Of a stretch of 64,000 nt of DNA, positions 54,335 through 64,000 are shown piece after piece. The notes under the pieces were generated by a model. It saw nothing but the letters and a program-made list of their open reading frames with translations, was not told the DNA's origin and ran no database searches. The stretch comes from an uncultured virus (IMG/VR IMGVR_UViG_3300033143_002397) (Duplodnaviria; Heunggongvirae; Uroviricota; Caudoviricetes). The position numbers and the translations under genes were made by a program. Position 1 is the stretch's first letter; the number at the start of each line of letters is the position of its first letter. Location of the stretch: the IMG/VR virus record IMGVR_UViG_3300033143_002397; one strand, given 5' to 3'.

Positions 54335-56271
54335 CGGATCGGGCAGGAGCCACCTTCGCAGCTCTCCACCAGGATGTCGCCACCCGTCACGAGCTTGCTG
54401 CCGTGGTCGATCTTCGAGGCCAGGTCCACGAAGGTAGACTCGTCGATGGCCTCGTAGGGAGCCTGCCTGTAGCCGTGGGCCTTGGGCATCACCGAGGTGC
54501 TCTTGAGCCGTGGAACGTACTCTTCCAGACACGCCGCTAGTTGCTTCTTCTCCGTCTTGGCGTCGAAGTTGAGCGTGGCACTGACGGCGTTGTCCGCCCA
54601 CCACTCTTGGAGGGTGGCCTGCCGCTCGAACTGGGCCTTGAGGGTGTCGGTGTCCTTGGTCACTCGGCTGTGGGGCGCCTTCATCGGGAACGCGAAGACC
54701 CAGGTCTGACCGCTCTGGTCGTACTCATCCTCTTCGTGGGGCACGCCGGCCTCGGTCAGGGCCTCGGTCATGGGGTCGTTCTTGGCCACACGAACGCGAC
54801 GGAGATAGTGATCCGAGTGGGGAGCGTGGATGCCGGGGCTGGAGCCGTTGAGCAGGCTGATGGTGCCGCTCGGCTTGACCGTCGTCACCGTGATGGGTCG
54901 GTTGACTCCCAGCTCGTCGGCGTAGTCGTCGGCCTCGTGCCGACAGACACCGAACCACTTGGCGAGCATCTCGGGTGTCCAGTCGAAGTCGCAGACACCG
55001 CCGATACCGACGCCGATCCGCATGTTCTTCTGACCAACCGCGTGGCTCTTCGGATCCGACAACGGCGTGAGACGCTGACGGAGGCAGTAGCGTGTGACCA
55101 ACCGGAAGACCGTGACCGGGTCGGTACCTTGCTCGAACAGAGCAGGGAACACCTCGGCCAGATTGCAAGCCTCCCGGTCGTGGAGTAGTTGCTCGCCGCA
55201 GGGGTTGACGCCCTTGGCCAAGGGATCAGTCTGACGGCCCAAGGGAAGGTTGAGGATGCCGGGCTCGCCGAACTCGATATTGTCCTCGACCAGGCCACGC
55301 CAATTGAAGCTCTTGAGCTGATCCCACGAGCGGAAGGCGATGGAGTTGTTGCTGGTGTGCCGATGGCTCAGGACCGCATCCATGTCCTTCTTGGCGTCAC
55401 GGAAGCCACGGTCCTGAGGCTGGCCCAGCACAATGAGAGCGCTACGGCGGACGTTGCCGGCCTTGATGCACAGACCGATGTGATTGGTGATGTCCAAGCA
55501 CTCAACGCTCGTGAGCTGGCGGCCAGCAGCACCGCGGATCAGCTCCCAGGTCGAACGCAACATGTGAGCAAGCGGCCCAGGGCCACAAGCCACGCCACCA
55601 AAGGTCTTGATGGGGGTGCCACGGGGTCGGACATCCGAGAGGTCCACGACCAGGTCCTTGCCCGAGAAGGCCGCTGTGAGGGCCTTACGGAGCGACAGGA
55701 CCCATCCCTCGCGGGAATCCTCACAGTCGTAGCGGTCGGTCGACCCGTTGAGGAACGCTGGACCCTCGGGTTTCACGTCCTTGAAGTTGGGGTGGTCCTC
55801 TCGGCACCAGACAGCGAAGCGTGACTGGTTGTCCCTGACGAAGGGCATCTCGTTGATGTCGCCCAGACCGACTCCAACACCGCCACCGAGCATGAGCTGG
55901 TTCGCCGTCCAGCACCAGTCATCAACCCCGTACAAACCGGTGTACCAACAGTTGAACCGAGCATCGGCAGGGATGCCGTCGATGCCACCCGTCCAGAGCC
56001 CCCGTCCAGGGGGCATGGCTTGCCCAGTCCAGAACAGATGGAAGAGTAGTTCCATCTCGGCCTCGGTCACACCGGGAGCTAGTTGGGCGTTGCCCTCGAC
56101 GACACGGCAGATGGTGTCCGTCCAAGACTCGCCGTCGCGGCAGTATTTGGTGAGGTACGTCGATCTCGCCAGCAGCGTTTTGAAGGGGTCCACCTTCTTC
56201 CGGTAGGGGGACAAGAACTCTTCTTGTAGTTCGATCCGGGAAGGGGTTAGCACAGTCTCGACGATCTCCAT
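54331..56271 (-). CDS. nrdJ: class II (B12-dependent) ribonucleotide reductase
   Basis: PPGRGLW, FNC, GNVRRSA, NPCGEQ, CNLAE, TTVKPSGT, C-terminal CEGGSCPIR. Confidence 0.9.
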   Translation of the reverse strand: MEIVETVLTPSRIELQEEFLSPYRKKVDPFKTLLARSTYLTKYCRDGESWTDTICRVVEGNAQLAPGVTEAEMELLFHLFWTGQAMPPGRGLWTGGIDGIPADARFNCWYTGLYGVDDWCWTANQLMLGGGVGVGLGDINEMPFVRDNQSRFAVWCREDHPNFKDVKPEGPAFLNGSTDRYDCEDSREGWVLSLRKALTAAFSGKDLVVDLSDVRPRGTPIKTFGGVACGPGPLAHMLRSTWELIRGAAGRQLTSVECLDITNHIGLCIKAGNVRRSALIVLGQPQDRGFRDAKKDMDAVLSHRHTSNNSIAFRSWDQLKSFNWRGLVEDNIEFGEPGILNLPLGRQTDPLAKGVNPCGEQLLHDREACNLAEVFPALFEQGTDPVTVFRLVTRYCLRQRLTPLSDPKSHAVGQKNMRIGVGIGGVCDFDWTPEMLAKWFGVCRHEADDYADELGVNRPITVTTVKPSGTISLLNGSSPGIHAPHSDHYLRRVRVAKNDPMTEALTEAGVPHEEDEYDQSGQTWVFAFPMKAPHSRVTKDTDTLKAQFERQATLQEWWADNAVSATLNFDAKTEKKQLAACLEEYVPRLKSTSVMPKAHGYRQAPYEAIDESTFVDLASKIDHGSKLVTGGDILVESCEGGSCPIR

Positions 56272-56282
56272 GGGGTTCTTCC

Positions 56283-57248
56283 TTACGTGGCGATAGACAG
56301 CACGGCCAGCTCGACCTGGGTTCGTTTGGAACGAGCTGAGCCTTTGACCAAGGCGTCCAATCTACATAGGGTCTTCATCTGCCCCCTCAGCTGGTCGACA
56401 GAGTGCAGTCGAGCCATCGGTAGGAGGTTCACTTTCAGTGGGTACTCGTGCATCCCCAGTCGCTGAGCGATGACCTTCACGGCATCTTTCGCGTCCAGCA
56501 TCGACCGAGCGATGATCAGCTTCTCGACAACCCGCACCAGGGCATGAGTCAGGGGCACCGCGGCCCCCTCGCCCAGGTTGCGGTAGACCAAACCCAGCTT
56601 GGTCATGGCCTGCTTGGACTGCTTGCTAGCAGCAGCCTGAGCTACCTCATAGGGCGTAGCCGGGAAGACATGAGGCACTAGCATCCCCACGTGCTTCCTC
56701 GTCGCTACCTCACCGTCCACCAGGTAGAACAGCTTCTGCAACTCGTTCACGATCAAACGCAGGTCGTACCCACGGACCTTGATCAGCAGCTCGGGGACAC
56801 CCTTGTCGAGCTTCAGACCCAAACGAGTAGCTTGCTCAACCACACGGCGTACGCGCTCCTGCTCTTTCCAAGGCTTCGGCTGGAGGTGCTCAACACAGCG
56901 ACCCTCACTCCGCATGGTCTTCAACCACGTGGGTGTAAGTCGAGGGACTCGAACGATAGCCACCAAGAGGACGGTCTTGTCCTCAGGATCCTTGTCCTTG
57001 ACGTATTCCTGAAGGGGTTCCGGCGCCTTGACCTTCTGGGCATTGTCAATGATGACCAGTCGAGGGCTGCCGTCGAACGACCGCGTCTCGCAGATAGACA
57101 CGACCTCTTGCCCGTCGATACCCTCACCGTCGAGCAACGTCACCGAACGAGTCTTGTGTGAGCGGACCTGATTCAGGGCTTGGTCAAGGAGCAGCTCTTC
57201 ATCACCGAAGAAGACACGAAAGGGGCTTGACTTCCTTGAGGCTGCCAC
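56283..57248 (-). CDS. holA: DNA polymerase III delta subunit
   Basis: VFFGDEELL, SFDGSPRLVII, DLRLIVNELQKL, LGMHEY, LCRLDALVKG; start refined to GTG57248. Confidence 0.8.
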   Translation of the reverse strand: MAASRKSSPFRVFFGDEELLLDQALNQVRSHKTRSVTLLDGEGIDGQEVVSICETRSFDGSPRLVIIDNAQKVKAPEPLQEYVKDKDPEDKTVLLVAIVRVPRLTPTWLKTMRSEGRCVEHLQPKPWKEQERVRRVVEQATRLGLKLDKGVPELLIKVRGYDLRLIVNELQKLFYLVDGEVATRKHVGMLVPHVFPATPYEVAQAAASKQSKQAMTKLGLVYRNLGEGAAVPLTHALVRVVEKLIIARSMLDAKDAVKVIAQRLGMHEYPLKVNLLPMARLHSVDQLRGQMKTLCRLDALVKGSARSKRTQVELAVLSIAT

Positions 57249-57255
57249 ATTGACC

Positions 57256-58197
57256 TCAGTCAGAAAAGGCTGCGAGGAAGCAGGACTTGACGTGGAACGG
57301 GAGGATGATCTTTGCGTGAGCCCGCTCACGAACTCGACGAGACTCCTGCAACAGCGCTTCCAGCTTGGCCTCGCCTATCTGGGTCCGCAGGCCGTCGAGC
57401 TGGTCGACGACATCTACGTTGGTCAGACGGCTGGGGTCATGTGGGAGCATGAGAAGGTCGCGAAGGAGATGGTCCAAAAAACGAAGACCGCGATCCAGAT
57501 CACTTTCAATTTCGTCGATAGTCGAAAACAGCGACGAAACATCCTGGGTGAGCCCAATTTTCAGCAAGCTCAACACTTTGTTCCGCAGCGTAAGACGCCC
57601 AGAAGCGAGGTACTGATACGCCCTCCCCACTGAGCCCTCTGCAAGGCGACAACAGACAAGTGCTTTAGCGTCGTCGTCGGTATGCTCACGAAGAAAATCA
57701 ACGATGAATTTCTCCGACAGCGGTCGATAGCGAACAACACCACACCGAGAGCGTATCGTGGGCAAAACCGAAGAGGCCGACTCGGTCAGCAGGAAAAAGC
57801 GTGACGTACGCGGGGGCTCTTCCAACGTCTTCAGCAGAACATTCGCCGCCGCGATGGTCATAGTGTCGGCGCCGTCGATCACGATATAACGAGAGGACAC
57901 CATCGAGGGGAAGGACTGTGCCTGCTCAACGACAGCTCGCATGGCATCGACACCGATCTCCTTGTCATCCTCAGGACGCACTACCACGAGGTCAGGATGC
58001 ATACCCTTGGAGATCTGAACACAGTGGATGCTCTCGGGGTCACCCTTGGAGAAGGCTTCCTTCGCGGCCTCGATGACCGAGAACCGTCGGCCAGTACCCT
58101 CGTCACCAACAAGCAGCAGCGGAGTCGTCAAACCCCCCTCGACGACCCGTCGGAGGAAGCGTACCCCCTCAGTCTGTCCTTGCACTGCGCTCAGCAT
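57256..58197 (-). CDS. holB: DNA polymerase III delta' subunit
   Basis: GQ, LLVGDEGTGR, HPD, IGVDAMR, AANVLLKTLEEPP, LPTIRSRC. Confidence 0.9.
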   Translation of the reverse strand: MLSAVQGQTEGVRFLRRVVEGGLTTPLLLVGDEGTGRRFSVIEAAKEAFSKGDPESIHCVQISKGMHPDLVVVRPEDDKEIGVDAMRAVVEQAQSFPSMVSSRYIVIDGADTMTIAAANVLLKTLEEPPRTSRFFLLTESASSVLPTIRSRCGVVRYRPLSEKFIVDFLREHTDDDAKALVCCRLAEGSVGRAYQYLASGRLTLRNKVLSLLKIGLTQDVSSLFSTIDEIESDLDRGLRFLDHLLRDLLMLPHDPSRLTNVDVVDQLDGLRTQIGEAKLEALLQESRRVRERAHAKIILPFHVKSCFLAAFSD

Positions 58198-58357
58198 CTT
58201 CGCCCCCCTCCAAGAGCAGAGTTGTTCGAGGCGCCTCTACGGGCACCAACTGCATTTGCAAGATGTAGTGCTGCCCGCAATCGGGGTTCGAGCACACGTG
58301 TCTCGTGGGCTCCTTGCCGCTCCGCTCCAGTGTACTCTTACACCGGAGACAACGCAT
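58169..58357 (-). CDS. small zinc-ribbon protein
   Basis: CLRC...CSNPDC. Confidence 0.55.
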   Translation of the reverse strand: MRCLRCKSTLERSGKEPTRHVCSNPDCGQHYILQMQLVPVEAPRTTLLLEGGEDAERSARTD

Positions 58358-58381
58358 GAGCCCAACCCCCTCACCCACAGC

Positions 58382-59191
58382 CTAGTCCCCCTCGTTGATG
58401 AAAGCGTGGACGACGGCGTAAGGGTGTTCGTTTTGAAGATCACCCGAGTTGGCCAACAGGTTGTAGCCCGTCACAGACACTCGAACCCGTGGGCCAGACC
58501 AGCACATGAAGAAGTAGTCCGGCCCAGTGAACTTCGAGACAATCCGCTCGATGTAGTCGGGCGTGAAAACCTTGTAGAGCCACCAGGCTAGAGCCACGTT
58601 CATACCGTAGCCCCGAAGCTCCCACTTGGTCCGCCAGTAGGCTGGCCAGGGGATCGCGAAAAGCACCACCCCTAGAAGTACCAAGGCCCACCAACCCGTC
58701 AACCACCAGGCCAACACCCCGGTCCCCCCAAGCAGCAAAGGCAACACCACCCAGAAGAGGGCCTTGGTCAGCCGGGCTGCACCACAAGCCAGCACGTAGC
58801 TCACGAAAGGCAGCAGCGTGATCCACGAATAGGGCCAGGCCAAGACCGCGTAGGCCAACAGCGGCAACAGCACGAGGATCTGCGGGAACATGTAGGAGAG
58901 CTTGAACGTGAGCGGGTGCAGCTTGGAGTCCGAAAGGTGAACGAACTCGTGGGCCAGGATCCGGAAGCTCTTCTCGGGTGTTTCCTCGTAGAACTCCTGG
59001 TACGGGAAGAAGACCGTGTCACCCCAGGTCGTCGTGTACCGTTCCATGAAGTCCGAGTTGAAGGGGTACGACAGGAAGCCCAGCAGGGCCATGAGCTTGG
59101 ACTCATCCTTGAACGCAACCTCGAACGAAGGGATCTCCCGACGGACGACCCCCTCGAAAGCTTTGAGGGCCTTGGCGTCCAAGGTCCTCAT
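58382..59191 (-). CDS. membrane-anchored HExxH zinc metalloprotease-like protein
   Basis: ILAHEFVH, several hydrophobic helices, downstream WELRGY; start refined to ATG59191. Confidence 0.7.
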   Translation of the reverse strand: MRTLDAKALKAFEGVVRREIPSFEVAFKDESKLMALLGFLSYPFNSDFMERYTTTWGDTVFFPYQEFYEETPEKSFRILAHEFVHLSDSKLHPLTFKLSYMFPQILVLLPLLAYAVLAWPYSWITLLPFVSYVLACGAARLTKALFWVVLPLLLGGTGVLAWWLTGWWALVLLGVVLFAIPWPAYWRTKWELRGYGMNVALAWWLYKVFTPDYIERIVSKFTGPDYFFMCWSGPRVRVSVTGYNLLANSGDLQNEHPYAVVHAFINEGD

Positions 59192-59403
59192 CAGAAGCCG
59201 GCCCCGCCACCCACGTTGACGGGCATCGTCATACCGCACTCGATGCAACGGTAGACACGCAGGCCCCCAGCGCCCTCGATCTTGATCTCCGTCGCCGTGA
59301 TCGAGGGGCAACCACTTCTACGGCACTTCATGTTGTGCAGGATCTCTTCAGGCTTGGCCTTGTTGGCCAACCCTGGGGTCGTTCCACTGGGATCAATCGG
59401 CAT
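59191..59403 (-). CDS. small zinc-ribbon protein
   Basis: CRRSGC...CIECG. Confidence 0.7.
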   Translation of the reverse strand: MPIDPSGTTPGLANKAKPEEILHNMKCRRSGCPSITATEIKIEGAGGLRVYRCIECGMTMPVNVGGGAGF

Positions 59404-59411
59404 GAATCATC

Positions 59412-59798
59412 TCACAGGTCAGAGGTGGGGTACTCTTCGGGAAACAGCTCCTGAAGCGTGTGCAGAATCCGTTCGTACAGGCGAGGATCGTTCTGGTCGA
59501 GCATCACATCGCTGTAGGTCACAGGGGGATGCAGGTAGCCGAACTTCATCGAGGACGGGTTGAACAAGCTGATCGTGCCATCCTCGATCTTGGGCAAGAT
59601 CAATGCCCAGTCCTCCTTGAGGATCACAGCATTCACGGTTGAGCCGAAGATACGGACGTAGCGAACATGCCCCCCAGCGGTGTACGTCCGAGCCTTGTAC
59701 CGCAACATCGCCTGAATGGCCTTCGCCACGTTGGGGAGGTCTTGTTGACGCAGTCGGTGAGGACGGCTGCCGTTGATATTGAAGAGACGAGTTTCCAC
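59412..59798 (-). CDS. hypothetical protein
   Basis: 128-aa ORF in the operon. Confidence 0.65.
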   Translation of the reverse strand: METRLFNINGSRPHRLRQQDLPNVAKAIQAMLRYKARTYTAGGHVRYVRIFGSTVNAVILKEDWALILPKIEDGTISLFNPSSMKFGYLHPPVTYSDVMLDQNDPRLYERILHTLQELFPEEYPTSDL

Positions 59799-59822
59799 CT
59801 CTCAAGCAACGGCACAAGTGGG

Positions 59823-60026
59823 TCAACGAACCAACGGCATCGTCACGCCGGGGGCGCCGGGGACGCCGACCCAGCCCTGAAGCACGACTTCCCTCAGCTT
59901 TTCGTCGAGCAGCCGGCTTGCAACCTCTTCCTTCGTCGAGCCGAACAAACCTTGCTCGACCAGCGTCCCGAGCAGACGCCACACCTCGTCGCGAACATCC
60001 AGCTCGATTTTCGTCGTATCCGCCAC
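59823..60026 (-). CDS. ribbon-helix-helix-like small DNA-binding protein
   Basis: Alternating strand KIELDV then LVEQGLFGSTKEEV. Confidence 0.5.
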   Translation of the reverse strand: MADTTKIELDVRDEVWRLLGTLVEQGLFGSTKEEVASRLLDEKLREVVLQGWVGVPGAPGVTMPLVR

Positions 60027-60029
60027 CGC

Positions 60030-62082
<2,053 letters not shown>

Positions 62083-62099
62083 CTCTTCAATTGTCGGCA

Positions 62100-63500
62100 C
62101 TAATCGGTGCCCTTGAGGTTCGCCACAGGGTACAGCCGACGACTGACCTTCGCGATGTCCTCTGCCTCCAGCACACCGAGAACCGCGTCGAGGTTCTTGT
62201 AGACGTGGGTGCATTCATCGAGCGGGACCTGTCGCGTGTTGCACAGAATGCCCTCGACCTCTGTCCCACCGAGGGTCCGCTTGACCTCCCGCATCTCGGA
62301 GTTGATCTCGTCCTGGCGCTCGGCCAAAGCCCTCTTGGCAGCCTTGCGGCCCATCGTCCGACCCGAGCCGTGGTTGACCGAGCAGGCCGTCTTGTGAGCC
62401 CCCTCCAACGGGAAGAGGATGGCGGCCCCGTCATACATCGAGCCCGGAATGAGGCACGGGTGTCCGGTGCTGGCCCACTTGGAGCCCACCAGGTCGGGGT
62501 GCCCAGCCGGCATAGCTCGCGTAGCACCCTTGCGGTGGACGAGGCCCTTCTTGGTCGAGCCGTCCGGCAGCACCAACGTCTCCTGCTGGATGAGGTTGTG
62601 GCTGATCTCGTAGTAGACCTGACCCGCGGCCCCGTAGACCTTCTCGGTGGCCTCTCGCACACCTGCCGCGATCACGTGGCGGTTGGCGATGGCGTAGTTG
62701 GCCGCCGCGTTGTGGCAGGCCCAGTATTGCTGCCCGACGGGCTCGTCCAGCCGGAGCCAGGAATCCCCGCGACGATTCTTGGCCAACCCTCGCTGCTCGG
62801 CCCCAGCGTAGAAGAAGTGCTCAGCCGTCTGCCAGCCGTAGCCGCGGCTCCCACAGTGGACCATGGCGAAGACCTCACCCGTGACTTCATCAACCTGCAT
62901 CTCGATGAAGTGGTTGCCGCCCCCGAGGCTACCCATCTGGGCCAAGACTTTGCCCTGAGCCCTCGGGATGGTGACGAGGTGGTCGTCATTCACCGGGATG
63001 AAGAGCCGCTCACAGTAGTCCGCTGGGACACCCAGAGCCTGAGCGCCGTAGTGGAGGATGTCGTCGGCCTTCTTCTGGTCGAACGTCGGCATCAGCTTCG
63101 GGCGATTCGAGCCCACACCCAGAGCGACCCGCTGCTCGATCTCTTCGATCCACAACCGACGACGAGCCAGGTCTCGGATGTCGTCGGCCATCAGACCGGT
63201 CGACATGTAGAGCACACCACAGGAGATGTCGTAGCCCGAGCCCGCCTGAATGAGCGTGTCCTCGGTCACGATGACGGAGCCGATGGGCACGCCGTAGCCC
63301 ATGTGGGCGTCGGGCATGATGTAGGCCCCGGTCACGCCCTCATAGGAGGCACCGTTGCGGAGCTGGTCCCAGAGGGTCTCGTCCGATGCCGCGTACAGGT
63401 CCTCCGACAGGAAGGCGTGGGCATCGACCTTCATCTCCTTGGTCTTGGGCAGGACGTAGTGGTCGGTGCCCACCTTGGTTGCGGCGTATTTGAGAGACAT
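62100..63500 (-). CDS. rtcB: RtcB RNA ligase
   Basis: MPDAHMGYGVPIG, YDISCG, GSLGGGNHF, HCGSRG, HN, HRKGAT, HGSGR. Confidence 0.95.
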   Translation of the reverse strand: MSLKYAATKVGTDHYVLPKTKEMKVDAHAFLSEDLYAASDETLWDQLRNGASYEGVTGAYIMPDAHMGYGVPIGSVIVTEDTLIQAGSGYDISCGVLYMSTGLMADDIRDLARRRLWIEEIEQRVALGVGSNRPKLMPTFDQKKADDILHYGAQALGVPADYCERLFIPVNDDHLVTIPRAQGKVLAQMGSLGGGNHFIEMQVDEVTGEVFAMVHCGSRGYGWQTAEHFFYAGAEQRGLAKNRRGDSWLRLDEPVGQQYWACHNAAANYAIANRHVIAAGVREATEKVYGAAGQVYYEISHNLIQQETLVLPDGSTKKGLVHRKGATRAMPAGHPDLVGSKWASTGHPCLIPGSMYDGAAILFPLEGAHKTACSVNHGSGRTMGRKAAKRALAERQDEINSEMREVKRTLGGTEVEGILCNTRQVPLDECTHVYKNLDAVLGVLEAEDIAKVSRRLYPVANLKGTD

Positions 63501-63523
63501 GTGAGGGTAGATACACCAGCCAG

Positions 63524-63853
63524 CTACGCCAGCCGGACGTTATCTTCCCGCATCTGGTCGATGGTCCGAACACCCGTCGACCAAAGCACTCCCTGGATGA
63601 AACCGAGCCACCGCATGGCCTTCTCCATGGCCGCCTGGGTTTCCGCCAGCTCGGGGACAGGCTCACCGATCTTGTGGTGAGGGAGAAAGCCCAGGACCTC
63701 CCGGCACATCCAACGAAGGTGCTGCTGCTGGGAGTAGGTGTCCGGAGAGGGGTCACCCATCGCCGAACACCGCTCGGGCTCACCCCCAAGAAGGTGCTTA
63801 TCCAAGAGCTGGTCGTACTCGTTGAGGACTCGGTGAAGCTGCTTGAGGGTCAT
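63524..63853 (-). CDS. hypothetical protein
   Basis: Motif A 9 nt upstream; KAMRWLGFIQGVLW. Confidence 0.75.
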   Translation of the reverse strand: MTLKQLHRVLNEYDQLLDKHLLGGEPERCSAMGDPSPDTYSQQQHLRWMCREVLGFLPHHKIGEPVPELAETQAAMEKAMRWLGFIQGVLWSTGVRTIDQMREDNVRLA

Positions 63854-63870
63854 ACCCTCATGTACACCAG

Positions 63871-63999
63871 CTACTCGGGATCGCCGACCGCTTCACTGGC
63901 GATCAACTCGACCAGAGTCTCGACCGCCCGGTCCGCGTTGGCCTGGGAGACATACAGCTCACCGTGCCCGATGACCTCGTAGTTGGCGGCCTTGAGCCG
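63871..63999 (-). CDS. partial YegP/DUF1508-like protein (3' end only)
   Basis: RLKAANYEVIGHGELYVSQANADRAVE*, translated by hand. Confidence 0.6.
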   Translation of the reverse strand, partial: RLKAANYEVIGHGELYVSQANADRAVETLVELIASEAVGDPE

Positions 64000-64000
64000 G

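Noticed and set aside
55937..55944. Plus-strand CCGGTGTA inside nrdJ
   Set aside because: Antisense, explained by the Tyr-Thr-Gly codons, and no ATG follows at the usual distance.

Overview
This window is part of a large (jumbo-type), GC-rich tailed dsDNA bacteriophage genome, encoded almost entirely on the minus strand. Read in transcription order (right to left), about 63.9-33.5 kb is a replication, recombination and repair block. It holds RtcB, GroEL, class II ribonucleotide reductase, NAD-dependent ligase, RecD2, SSB, RuvC-like nuclease, RecA, a split SbcC with SbcD, a beta clamp, a bacterial-type clamp loader (DnaX, delta, delta'), a primase TOPRIM domain and a NusG/5'-3' exonuclease fusion. 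A tandem sigma-region-4 HTH protein sits at the boundary. The head module follows at about 33-11 kb: small and large terminase, portal, prohead protease, scaffold, decoration proteins and an HK97-type major capsid protein. From about 11 kb to 0.1 kb lie candidate internal head proteins, a vWA protein, an HNH nuclease and small ORFs. Features seen only by reading the DNA: (1) two upstream motifs that divide the genes into classes, NYGGTGTA 9-11 nt before the ATG of mostly non-structural genes and TCYWCTTRT 13-16 nt before structural genes; (2) a conserved ~44-aa N-terminal leader on three unrelated cargo proteins, with recurrent [KR]-x-A module boundaries, a candidate capsid-loading and processing system; (3) nested in-frame genes with their own motif or RBS; (4) a +1 frameshift near 882. 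No tRNA, rRNA, CRISPR array or integrase was seen. All calls come from motif recognition by eye; no database search was run.
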